Origin: Chlorokybus atmophyticus | Lineage: Eukaryota > Plantae > Mesostigma and Chlorokybus algae | Length of the DNA: 64,000 nt | Reading direction: 5' to 3' | NCBI GenBank assembly: GCA_009103225.1 | Contig: RHPI01000277.1 | Coordinates: 141,633-205,632, forward strand | Shown: positions 1 to 17,344 of the stretch, in pieces | How the letters are laid out: each line of letters starts with the position of its first letter | Numbering within the stretch: the stretch's first letter is position 1 | The notes under the pieces: model-generated | Databases searched by the model: none | Seen by the model: only the letters and a program-made list of their open reading frames with translations | What the model was told of the DNA's origin: nothing | Position numbers and translations under genes: made by a program

Positions 1-193
1 CACGCGCACGCGCACGCGCGCATGTATGCATGCGTTGTGTACATGTAATGCATTGTGCAGAACCTTGTGCGGAAAGCATGTACTGTGCAAGCAACACACT
101 GCATTGCACAATGAGTGAGAATGTGCATCACACACTGTGTCAAACAGATGCGTATGCGCGTATGTACATGCTCATCATGCAAAAACTGCTTGC

Positions 194-454
194 CTTTTCC
201 TTCATATCATCCAAACTAGCTTTCAGCTTGGCGGTAACATCCTCGGCAAGCTTGCCAGTGGCGGCGGCGGCGGCGTCCTTCTTGTGCTTGTTGTTGTTGT
301 TGTTGTTCGTCTCCGCATGGACGACGTCACCCACTTCGTCGTCGTCGTCGTGGTCGCCCGGGGTGGCGAAGCCCTCCTCGTCCGATAGAAGCAGGAACGG
401 GTTGCTGCCGTCGCCCTTCTTGCCGCCCTTGCCTCTGAAGCGAAGGTCCGCCAT
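194..454 (-). CDS. First exon of a hypothetical protein (gene continues off the left edge)
   Basis: ATG at 454 opens MADLRFRGKGGKKGDGSNPFLLLSDEEGFATPGDHDDDDEV...KLKASLDDMKEK. Putative GC donor AAG|GCAAGC at 194/193, followed by CA/TG-rich intron-like sequence. Confidence 0.5.
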
Positions 455-876
455 GGCTGGCAGCAAACCTAGCCTGGGCGCATTCAATGTCAGACACCAG
501 ATTAGGCCAAGCCAGGCCAGGCTAGGCGAAAAAAAAAACACAGCTCACCAGGCCACAACAGACCAGACCAGGCCAGACCTGTGTTTGGCCTGCAATGCAT
601 GCGGAGCAAATGACACCGCTTACCTCCACGGCCGCCCCGCCCTGCCTCGCCCGCCGCCGCCGCCGCCGCCGCCGCCGGCCTGGCCTTCTCGGCCTGGAGT
701 GGACACAACGGCTGGCACAAGAACAATTTTGCAAAACAAATTCACAAGGTTGGCGTTGATATCGGCGATCTTCAGTATTGCCCACAACACAGCAACAAGT
801 CGGTACGAAAAAGTAACAAACAAACTGATCCACAAGCTGCTTTGCTTGGCTGAGCGGCGTTGGGGCGGTGGCGGCG

Positions 877-3782
877 ATGGCGGCAGCGAGGAGGAGCGTA
901 TGTGTGCGGACGGCTTCGTCGTTGCCTGCACTCCTGCCTCTCGCTCTGCTGATGCTGGCTGCTGTTGGCTTCCTGCGAGGCGCAGGTGATGCTGTGTGTG
1001 CGCATTTTGCTTGACAGACACACAACCGCACGCTCATTACCGCGTAGTAGAGCATGACCAAGCGAATGCAACGCAATGCAAGACGAGTGAGTCGCATGTT
1101 GCCCCATCTGCTATGCGGGTCAAGTACATGTATGCTGCACACAGCAGTGACGTTGTCTTGTCTTGCAACACGTGTGACGCGTGATTTGAGTGTCACACCT
1201 TACCGATGAACGCGTCATGTGCTTGACCCTCCGCACAAGGCATATGGCACATGGATACGGTGCAGGCATGCACGCGCACGCACACAAACGCATGTGCAAG
1301 CTCGTTGTGTCACGCGCATGTGCACGCACGCACGCACACACCCCACCTCATCCCAACCCCTTCCCAGCAGTATATGCGTGTGTGTAAGCGTGCATGCGTG
1401 CGCACGCGTGCACTTGTTCCGTTGTACACGCATACATGCGTGAGCCGCACACACACGTGCACGTGAGTGCGGCTGTGCACATGTGGTGTACTCAAACACA
1501 CACGTGCCGATGCAGTGTGCCATGGGTTTGGGCATGACCATGGCGCTTACCCCGGCATGACGGACGGGCTGTACTCCAAAGTCATCGAACCCACACTTGA
1601 CACGCACCACCTCGAAGGTAACGTGGGATTTGATTGCACGTACACGCACCGCGAACAAGACACGTCACTCGGTGCGCGTACATGTGCGTGCGTGCGTGCG
1701 TGCGTGCGTGCATACTTGTCGGTATATACAGATCTGCCTGGGTTTACGAGGAGCGTGTACGAGCGTGACCACGCCCTCATCACGCCCGAGAGCCGCGTCT
1801 TCGGCCCCCTCCACGGCTGGTACGACCACATACCCACTAGTTGTTATTGCTGCTAGTGTTGCTATAACCACCCCTGCTGGTTATGCCACACCAACAACAA
1901 TCACAACAGGCGTAACGCGGACGTGGCGGTGTTGGTAACTCCCGCCATGGGCGCGCACTTCACCATGGCGCTCGCCAAACTCAGAGGTGAGCACAAGGAG
2001 TGAGTATGAGTAGTTACAACCACTCGCTAAGTGCAACAATGGTCAAGGCACGACAACACGTGTCACATCTCGTTACCAAGTGCTGGTTGCGCGCAGGCAA
2101 CGCCTCTCTCCCGGCGCCATCCGAAGGCGTAGAAAGGTCACGCGCACGCACACACGCGCACGCACACGCACACGTGTGCATCACTCATCAGTCTCACACT
2201 GGTTCTCGGTTCTCAAGCAGGTTGGTGTTTGTGGTGGAGGGCACCATCGACGTGCACTCGGCCGACTCTTCTCTACACGAATTACAAGTGAGGAAGGAAG
2301 ACAGCGGTTGCGTCGTGTGGGTATCACTCAACTGTTGTTGAGTGATACCATGGTGCGAGCGGAATGTGGCAATGATGTGTACTTCCCTCGTGCGGTAGGT
2401 TGATGGGTATGCTTACTTCCCACCCGGCCACAAGCACTCCGTCGAGTCCACGCACGGCGCTGGCATCCTCGTGTTCGAGAGAAAGTAGGTGGTGATTTGA
2501 GTATGTGTGTGTGCGCGCGCGTGTGTGCGTGCATATGTGTGCGTGTGTGTGCGTGTGTGTGCGTTGGTGGACGCAAGCACACACATACTCACACACGAGT
2601 ACATACACGTGTGTACTAGACTGCGCGCGTGTGTGCGTGCGTGCGAGTGCTTGGGCGGACGTGTGCACGCGTGTGTGCGTGTGTCTAGACTGATCACCTC
2701 TTCCTCTCTAGGTATGTTGGGTTGGCGGGTGTTGGGCAGCCGCGAGCCAAAATCGGCTACACCGACGACAACCCCGCACTCGAGACACCAGGAGAGGTGT
2801 GTTGCAAAACTGTTGGGTTGGGGCTTACAAGCGTATGCGTGTGGGCGTCTGTGAGCGTATGTACACATGTGCGTGTGCGTACATGAGTGGGAAACGTGCC
2901 TGAGTGAGCGAAGTCGACTTGCTTTTCCAGGTGTTTGGTTTGAAGAAGTTGTTGCCAACAACACCCGAGTACGACTTCAACATCCACGTGAGTGCGGGCG
3001 GGCGGTCACTTGTTGGCTTGTTGACGCTGAGACACGCGCTCCCGCGTGCACATGCCATCTGCATGATGCAATGCACGTGCTTGCAATGGACGTGTGTTGC
3101 AAGGCTGTCCTCCTCTGCAGGTGATGGACTTCCACCCGGGGGAGTACCTCATGGTTAAGGTGCGAGAGTGACACATTCCTCATCGCATGTGTATGTGTGT
3201 GTGCTTTGTAGCGTGCTTGTGCTCCATGTTATATGAAATGCTCTTGATGTCATTGTTCGTTGTGACACGCATGCACGCACGCACGCACGTGCGTGTGTAT
3301 GCTATGTTTCGTTCCTCATACTCATGCTGTCCAGGAGCTGCACTACAACCAGCATGGCCTGGCGCTGCTGGAAGGCCGTGGCATATACCGCCTCGGTAGC
3401 AACTGGTACACACACACACGCGCGCGCGCGCGCTCACATTGGCATGTTGGCTCTTCCTGCGGCAAAGTCACTATCAGCACATCGCTTGGTGTATTTGTAA
3501 ACCAAAACAACATAACCCACACGCACGCGCACGCGCCGGCAGGTACCCGGTGCAGGCGGGTGATGTCATCTGGATGGCGCCTTACGTCCCTCAGTGGTAA
3601 CAGCATGTTGGTTCATGCCATTACGCTTAGTACAATCCCGGTCGTGCGATGAGTTGAGAGCTCATGGTATGTGCTTTGTTACATTTTGTCCAATGTTCAT
3701 GGACAGGTATGCGGCGTTGGGTTCGACGCGGTCGCGCTACCTTCTTTACAAGGATGTCAACAGGGACCCTCTGAGCCACTAA
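877..3782 (+). CDS. UGLYAH: (S)-ureidoglycine aminohydrolase (plant UGlyAH / bacterial AllE-YlbA cupin family), multi-exon, with N-terminal signal peptide
   Basis: GT-AG exons join in phase: MAAARRSVCVRTASSLPALLPLALLMLAAVGFLRGA | VCHGFGHD...HLE | DLPGFTRSVYERDHALITPESRVFGPLHGW | RNADVAVLVTPAMGAHFTMALAKLR | GNASLPAPSEGVER | LVFVVEG | VDGYAYFPPGHKH...FERK | ...LETPGE | VFGLKKLLPTTPEYDFNIH | VMDFHPGEYLMVK | ELHYNQHGLALLEGRGIYRLGSNW | YPVQAGDVIWMAPYVPQW | YAALGSTRSRYLLYKDVNRDPLSH*. These motifs match plant UGlyAH. Confidence 0.95.
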
Positions 3783-4243
3783 GTGGGTGAGGGAGATGTA
3801 CAGATACAAGCAGGTGCTCGTGAAGCCATTGTGGTTGGGTGAATCCAGACATATATATACAGTTGAGGTGTTGTGTAGGCATGTGTGTGGCAGGAAACAA
3901 GTTGCTGGTTGTTGTGAAAACGAGAGACGAGCAGTGCTTTCAGGAGAGTTATAGCAATAATGTTCGTAGGCAGTAATTAGCAGCAGTCAGTAGACGAAAG
4001 GCCGAGCGTGAAAGAGATCTGCAGCAGTGAAGTGTACAGTTCATCTTGTTTGACACTTCAGTATCGTATTGGTGACACAGAAGGTGTGAACTCATGTTGT
4101 GTTGTTGTTGTGCTCCGGGCACTTCGCAAGAGTCGACTACATCCGATGATGACAATCATGGGCAAGGATCAACATAAATGTATCTCATACTCATACTTGA
4201 ACTCGCACTAAGTCCACCACCTCCAACACCTCCTCGATGGCAT

Positions 4244-5764
<1,521 letters not shown>

Positions 5765-6248
5765 CGTGCGAGCAAACACTGTGTGATCTCAATGTGTGTT
5801 TGTATAATACATCAACACTTGAGCTGCATTAACCATACACACAGTCGTCCCCCTCTCAGCTCATGCATGCTGCTGGCTGGGACACTTGACTACATAGCCT
5901 GTGTGGGTATGGTTATGTGCACGAGTGTACAAATGTGTGACTCTCGGCTGTGACTCTCCCCTTGCCGAATGTGTACTGCAACTGCATTGCCCTGTAGGTT
6001 TAGCCAAACAAGATGAGTGGCACAAAGCCGACAGTGGGGAGAAAGGGAGAGGCTGAATGAGAGATCCCAAAGAGCGCAAGTGACTGTTGTTTGGGGAGCG
6101 TAACTCAGTACCGCTCGTCGTGCGTTACGCGTGTTGCTGCTGATCTATCTTGATCACGTGACGTGACGATCGCAGGTACCGTACGTGAGGTACGGCCATA
6201 CCAGAAGAAGAGCCAACGCCGTACCGTAGTTACGCTTGGCATTGTGCA

Positions 6249-7585
6249 ATGGCGCTCAGCCACGTGGCCATCCCCGTCGCCGCCGCGGCCGCCGCCGCCG
6301 CCGCTGCTCCAGGTGCGGCGGCGTGCAGGGGTCCCACCAGGTTGCCATGCAGAGCTTCAGCGCTGCCGCCAACAGCCTCCACTGCGACCTTCTCCCGTCG
6401 CCACCTCCTGGCGCTTCCGCTCGCCGCCGGCTTGGCTTCCTTCACAGCGGCGGCGGCGGCGGCGGCGGTCGCGGACGAGAAGGAAAAGGCACAGGATGAG
6501 TCCTCTGATGGCAAGCAGACCAACCTACCCATTGAAAGCATCAAGGCAAACATACACAGCGTTTCTTCACTCCGTATGGTCGATGCTCAGCCCAATGCAT
6601 GCGGACACAAACGCACATGCACAGCCACATGCACATGCACATGTGCATGAATTTGTGGAGGTGAAGAGGCGATGGCAGTACAATGCATGTTGGCAGTATA
6701 CAATGAATCCAAAGTCAACCTCTAACTTGCATGGGCATAATATGTGTCTTTGCATCATGATGACAGAAGAGTCGTGTAAGCGCATCCGAAGCAAGGGCTG
6801 GCGTTGATTACCCTTCTTGCATGTGTGCGATGTATGTAGGAAGCATGTATGTAGCTCTCTCACTGCTTGGCTACTGTTGTATCACTGGTGCAGGACATAC
6901 TTGAGAGGGACCTGCGCGACGGCCAGTACTTCATTACGGGCGACCTCACCCCTTCCATCTTCGCCGACAACTGCAGGTAGGTCACCCTCACTCACTACGA
7001 CCCACCCACCACAACACCAACAACACCAACAATCATACAATAGGTTCAAGGACCCTACTAGCGACGTGACTGGGTTGGGTCGTTACCGCGCGGCTCTGGG
7101 CGTTCTGTTCGACCCGAGGCACTCGCGCCTGGACCTGATCGGGCCCGTGCGGGTGGTTGAGGGGGAGGGGACGATTGAGGTGACGTGGAGACTGCAGGGG
7201 TGAGTGGGGGTGGAGGGGTATGTTGTTGGTGGTGGTGTGTGGTTGCTGATGAGGTTGGTGTGGATGGGTAGGTACTTGAAGTTTCCGTGGAGGCCGTACG
7301 TGGAGCCTTACACAGGTGAGATGCTGCATGTGGCCTTTGGCTGTGTGGTCTGTCCCAAGGATGGGTGTGGGACTTGCGTGTGCACTGGTGATAGTATGAT
7401 GTTGGAGGTTAATGATATCCGATTCTGGGTATGGCTTGTGTGTCGCAGGCACGAGTCGGTACACGTTGAACGAGCAGGGGCTGATCCAAACTTATGAGGA
7501 GACGTGGAGCATCACGGGTTTTGAGGCGCTGCGGGAGTGGTTGACGCCAACGTGGGGACGATGGAGACCACTCATACCGGCATGA
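6249..7585 (+). CDS. Plastid-targeted DUF2358-like (NTF2/SnoaL-fold) protein, multi-exon
   Basis: Transit peptide plus twin-Arg motif (FSRRHLLALPLAAGLA), then PIESIK | DILERDLRDGQYFITGDLTPSIFADNCR | FKDPTSDVTGLGRY...VTWRLQG | YLKFPWRPYVEPYT | GTSRYTLNEQGLIQTYEETWSIT...*. This pattern is typical of plant DUF2358 proteins. Confidence 0.8.
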
Positions 7586-8434
7586 TGCTCAGCGGTTGGT
7601 TGTATCACTGGCTGTTGAGAGAAGGATATATAAGAGCCCTTGGCGCAGCACCTGGAAATAGGCGCGCTGAGTTTGTCTTGTCCGATGCAAGTGTGTGCAT
7701 ATGCGTGGGCATAAGAGATAGTATGCTACATGTGTGCGTTGTGCTGAAGGCGCAGATGTCTGTGATGCAGATCGGCAGTACACAGGCATGAGAGTCTTGG
7801 GGTTAGTGGCAGATAAGTAGGCGGGATGAAGGAAAGAAGTGGGCTTACCTGGCGGTTGCTCATGTGTTGGTATTGTCTGTGCTGCGGCTGCAAAGTGAGA
7901 CATGCTGTATGTGTTGTGTACTGCCCTGCATGCGCACTGTAGCAGTTCGGCACATACACACTAACTTACATGAGGAAACATACACTTGTTTGCGACCTGA
8001 ATGTCTAGGTAGGGGTTGCACTTGATGCACGAAGCGCAGCCAACGAGCACGCAACCCAGTCTTGATTGGGCAAGTACAGCCTACATGCAAATTGAGGACA
8101 GGACACATGACCGTGTACATAGGCAATTGCCTTATTGCTGGCAAACATGTTTTGAAATTCAACAGCGGCACAGCAAAAGCTTCTCATGCTGATGTCTTCT
8201 ATGCAATTCAAGCAGACTGCTGCACATTGAACCCTGACACAGAATCTGGCAACGCAAACCAAACGCCTCCCTGATCTCGCAACCTACAGCAACTAACCCT
8301 AGACAAAACCGACTTGCCACCTTACTAGAGCCGTAATATGTTGTTCTTCCACTTCCCAACAGTGGCATAAGGTAAGCGGCTATTACCATTTGATGGCAAT
8401 TTTCTCCTGCACAGAGACCCAACGCAAAGCCACT

Positions 8435-12157
<3,723 letters not shown>

Positions 12158-12802
12158 GCTTACAACCCGCCTCCCTCACACCCTACAGCTCCGCCTCCCA
12201 CTGTACATACCGGCGCGGCCACTGCCGCCGACACCACAACGCCGACACCACCACAAGCACCGCCGCCACCCGACACAACAGCTCCAAGCGTACGTGAAAT
12301 TGTTTTCCCTGTTACTGCCTCTACAATCAAGGATTCTCGAAACAAATGAGCAAAACCCGCAAACCGACAAGACCCTTTTCCCAACCTCGTTTACGTGTGC
12401 ACTGCAGCGACCTCGAAAACAAGTGCAAAGCTGGCACACAAAAAGCAGAACTTTCCAGAGTATGATCAGCGTTCAGCACGTTCAGTAAGCGAGATGAGCA
12501 CTGAACGCTGAGCTTGGCTCACCGGTTTCACAATGCATCAGGCAGAAGGTCGTTAGTGATCGGGAAGGTGAGATCTGGGTCTGTCCTGGGCGTGTGGATC
12601 CGGATGGTCGTGGTTAGGGCTTTGTTAGTGCAAACCCTAAACTGGGCGGTGGCATTGGCGGGGTGGTCGTCGCGGTGGGTGTGGTCGTCGTCGTGAACGA
12701 CGTTGTATGTGGGAGTGGTTTTATCATCTGTGTACTTGACCTGCTTGTCACGGTTGTTCTTTTTTTGCCTTGGCGGCAGCGGGGCAGTAAACAGGCGCCG
12801 CG

Positions 12803-14261
12803 ATGAATGCCGCAGACGTCAACCGGCAGATTAAGCAAATGGTGCAGTTTATAAAGCAGGAGGCGCAGGAGAAAGCCAATGAGATTAAGCTTGCAGCTGA
12901 AGAGGTTTGTGGTGTGTGTACCTCTGACTTTCTTGCTTACAGCTTGAAACGTACGAGTCACATGCCAGCTGCTCCTGGTCAACATATCATGGCTTGCATT
13001 GCTTGGTGAACGAGTCCGCAGACGCATGGCAGCTGAAGTTGTGCTTTCTGTTGTGTATCACACTTTGAAAGCCCAACAACACAGACGTGGTGCACTCAAT
13101 GCATATTCTGGATGGTGCTTGGTCGAGTCCCAGCAGCTTAACAACCGCTGGCATTTGGGGCATGCTTGAAGGATGGTTGCAATGCTGTGCTGTTGAGGGA
13201 GCATCCAATTCACTTGGCCTGCAGGAGTTCAACATTGAGAAGTTGCAGCTGATTGAAGCTGAAAAGCTGAAGGTGCGCAAAGAGTACGAGCGCAAAGACC
13301 AGCAGATTGCGGTGAAGAAGAAAATGTGCGCAAGCTGTTGATAAGAGCTGCACAGCAGAGTGTCGCGCAGTTGTAGCAACCACAGAATGCCATAGCAGTT
13401 TCAGACCTAGTAATGCTCACACTGCTACCTGGTGTCTGTGCAGTGAGTACTCCACGCAGTTGAATGCGGCAAGGTTGAAGGTTTTGCAAGCACGTGATGA
13501 TTCAATTCAGAAGATCAAGGAGGATGTCGCTGCCAAGTTGATTGCCATTAGTTCTGGACCACAGTACAAAAACCTGCTGCGGAGCCTTATTTCCCAGGTC
13601 GGCAGGCTGCTGTGTGCTCAGAGTCCCCTTCAGTTGTCTCTTGCCTACCCTATCCTGACATTGGACTGCCTGTAGGGGCTTGCAAAGCTTGGGGAGAAAG
13701 AAGTGCTTGTGCGCTGCAGGGAGATGGACGTGCAGTTGGTGAAGGAGGTACTGAAGAGCGCTGCTGAAGACTATGCCAAGTCCGCAAAGGTGAGCCTATG
13801 ATGGCAATTGTGTTTGTCTGCAAAGCGCGTTGCCTTTGACCAACTGCCCATTGCGGTAGGTGCCAGTCCCAACAGTTGAGCTTGACTCGGCACACTTGCC
13901 TGCCCCGTCAACTTCTGGCAACCACGGTCCCTCTTGGTGAGTGCGCTTCACCTTTGACTATGTGTAGTATGTGTCATGTGTTTTGCATCAGTCGATGTCA
14001 TACATGTATGCTCCTTGGTGATACTTGTCACTTTGCAGCTCTGGTGGTGTGATCCTCGCTTCCAAAGACAGGAGAATTGTCTGTGGCAATACACTGGATG
14101 AGAGACTAAACATCTCATACGGACAGAATCTGCCTCAGGTACATCGGTCATATCACCAGCATTTTGTAGTCGCATCCCAGGATAATGGTATGAGGTCTGA
14201 GCTCACGTGTGCTTCGCAGATTCGCAAAATGTTGTTTGGCAATCAGAAGGTGGTTGCTTAA
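12803..14261 (+). CDS. VHA-E: V-type H+-ATPase subunit E, multi-exon
   Basis: MNAADVNRQIKQMVQFIKQEAQEKANEIKLAAEE | EFNIEKLQLIEAEKLKVRKEYERK | EYSTQLNAARLKVLQARDD | GLAKLGEKEVLVRCREMD | ... | SGGVILASKDRRIVCGNTLDERL...LPQ | IRKMLFGNQKVVA*. Confidence 0.97.
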
Positions 14262-15398
14262 TGATCGTGCAGCGGAGACAACTGGCTGCAAGGCTCACCA
14301 GAGCATGTGTTGTTGCCACAATGCATGTGGCTACGTCATTCTGCTGGCAGCCAGCGACATGGCTTCAAGAGCAGTCAGCAACACTGCACTGCAGGCTCAT
14401 AAGCAGAGGGACACAATGACATGCTATCCGGGCATGCAACATTGCCTGGAGATGCGTTGCTTAGTAGCGGGCTTGTAACGGGCACAGGCATGTTGGTAGC
14501 AGACGCGTTGTACCCCGTTGACATAAGGGTGTAAACACAGGGTAATACTAAATCGTCACACAATGATGAACTACATGTGGCTGTCTGGTTGCCCGACACA
14601 GATATTGTGGGTGATAGCTAAATTAGCATTATGCCATGAGCGCTATGAATAACCCCTGGCGTGCCTCACAGCTACCATTGTCAACAGATTTCAGATGCGC
14701 ACAATGATGTGAGGTGCTCATTCCAAGTCCAGTCCGCGCAAAGTTGTATCCCACAGTACGTTGTGTGCAAGCAATTTGGTTGAACAAGGAAGGAAATAAA
14801 TCAAGGGCTGGCCAAGCCCCCGGGTTAGGACAAACCAAATGATGGCCACAATCATGCAGTTGCAAGCCACTAGTGCTAATTCAGCTTGAGGACATGGCGC
14901 TCGCAGTTCTCCAACATATTCACTCAATGCCACATTTGCGATTGATTAATGCATGACTGCCAGACACCTTGCACAACTGTGGAGTTTCGGAAGGATGCAC
15001 AGCAAGAGGTGCAAGTTTGTTGACCTCTACGCATATCATGTACATGTGCAGATACAATTGCAGATGTTGTTTAATAACATCAAAAGTTGATAGCTAATAG
15101 TCATAGCTGGGACAATGATTGTATTCGTGTTCATGGCATACGACTCAAGGTAAGAGCTTTGTTACAGTTTAAAAGTAATGTGAGTAATTGGGCATAGTCT
15201 AATGCATTAACCCCCATTTGTACAAGTCATAAATGTACCGTACAATTGGGCCGCATTTCATAACAATTACACAAGTCTTTTGCGCCGCAAGTGCGGTCCA
15301 CATGAGCTTACCATAATTGTGCAAATACAACCCCCTCTTACACCCCACCCCACCCCCCCCAAATTAATGGGGGTGTAATAGGGGGGGGGGGGGGGGGG

Positions 15399-15471
15399 NN
15401 NNNNNNNNNNNNNNNNNNNNNNNNNNNNNNNNNNNNNNNNNNNNNNNNNNNNNNNNNNNNNNNNNNNNNNN
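15399..15471. other. Assembly gap flanked by poly-G
   Basis: N run. Confidence 1.
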
Positions 15472-17099
15472 GGGGGGGGGGGGGGGGGGGGGGGGCATTC
15501 GCACAAATACGGTAAGTGCGAGCTTTGAATGCGTAGGTGTGATTGATGCGTAGTCGACCCAAATATCTGTTCAAGCCATGTATATAGACAACCTCCTACT
15601 ATATCAGCAATTATAGTATCACAAACTTACAACAACACGAACATCAATGTGAATGCCTAAATGTGACCATAGTTATGTATGTGTGCAGTATATTATGCTT
15701 GATATATCGAATAACATGTTGCTCGTGTGTACTTTGTGCATGCATTTAAACGTTGTTGCTTGGCGTGTACAACGCATAATGTATAGTAGGATTTAATCAC
15801 AATGCAAACAGTGTTTCGTAAGATGCGAAACCCGTGTGTTTTCGCTGTGTAGGGCCCCGTGGATTAATTACACCTGTAAAGTTCTGATTGTACTAGTGAC
15901 ACATGATGTGCACGGGACGTGATGTGCAACATGACAACTCATCATATGTGATGCGTGTCCCGCAGCATGGATTGTGACGTAGTCAATTGTGACTATATTG
16001 AATACATAGAGTAGCTGAGACGTTGGATTAGGCAGCGTGTCAGTGAGTCTAGCGCTAGGTCATAACACTGCAACTTTCATGCAATAGTGCAATTCATAGT
16101 GCATTATGGATACCGAAATTACAATAGATTGTGTCACAGTCGACCATAGTCACAAATAATATTTGACGGTAACTCAACCCAAATATGGTGCAAGCAAATA
16201 AAGTATTGATAATGGATTATAACAGGTGTGATAAGTAATAAGCATTAATGCATGTCTTTTGGTAGTATAAACCCATTATGAACAATTCATAGTCATACAA
16301 CATCATTTGATTATGTGCATGCAGTCTGAAATTGCAGGAGCGTAGTGAGACACCATCAATAAACAAGCATCAAGCGAATCTCAAGTTGTCGTGGGTTGTG
16401 GTAATAAAGAGGTAACGGTGATAGTATATTAATAAAGGATTGTGATATATATGTATGCAAAGTTTGTGAATACCATATGCTCCTAAACTTGCTGCTTTTA
16501 TGAGTTTGCACTCCATTCGATTGTAGTCAATTACACTTATATAAAAGCCCCTCATGTAATTGATGTAAAACTTGCAGTGACGGTAAATCACATTAACATT
16601 GAGTTGCTTAGCGCTACGTGTCATGCACGCTTGAGCATCATGTCGATGGGTTGTGACTTTAGGCGTTTGCAAAGTTAATATGGTATTTAGGCTTTTGCAG
16701 GAATAATAAAGTGCGGTTCTTCAATAGAAAGTCTTTAATTGTTTGCTACTTGTGCTGCCAGCTCCAGGTCATCTAAGATCTTCTGGGGCTTTCTTCAAAG
16801 GCTTTGCATAGAGTTTCCATACACCTTGCGATGAAAACTGGCTAGAGTTACTGCATGGCACTGCTTTAGACAAACTTTTGCTTGTTTTAATATGCATTGT
16901 GTTAGTATTGTAACATTTGAGCCTGTGTGCATCCATGAATGACACAGCTCATTTTTGTCAGTATGGGTTTTAAACCCGTTTCTGCCCGTAATGGTTGGTT
17001 TTCAAACAATCTAAAAACAAATTAAATGGCACAACAATACTTGGACAGCACTAGCATTACCGCTTTCAGCCGATAATGGTAAAAATCACGACGTTGTCA

Positions 17100-17344
17100 G
17101 CACTGGTGCTAAGACATTCGTGCCAGCCTTGGCATTAACTGCGCATTTAGTGCCAGTGTTGATAGTTCTTCATCTGTGCCGTTACTGAGAGTAAATTGGC
17201 ATGCTAGTGCAGGCAATAAGCCGCTTGTGCCAGTTTCGGGCGGTCGCGGGTCAAGACCCGATGAGAAGGTGCCAGTACCGGCATAAATTGTTTCTGCCGG
17301 TACTGGCACGGGCTGCAGGGCCCATGTGAGTGTGAAGGCCCTTA
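17100..17344. mobile_element. Possible DNA-transposon (PIF/Harbinger-like) terminus with subterminal TGCCAG repeats
   Basis: Several (G)TGCCAG motifs, a perfect 15-bp inverted repeat at 17269-17309, and ...GTGTGAAGGCCC followed by TTA (17342-17344). No matching other end found. Confidence 0.25.

Noticed and set aside
1200-3600. Many short Cys/His/Arg-rich ORFs (MCVCARV..., HTHTHA...)
   Set aside because: Translations of (GCAC/GTGT)-rich intron sequence within real genes.
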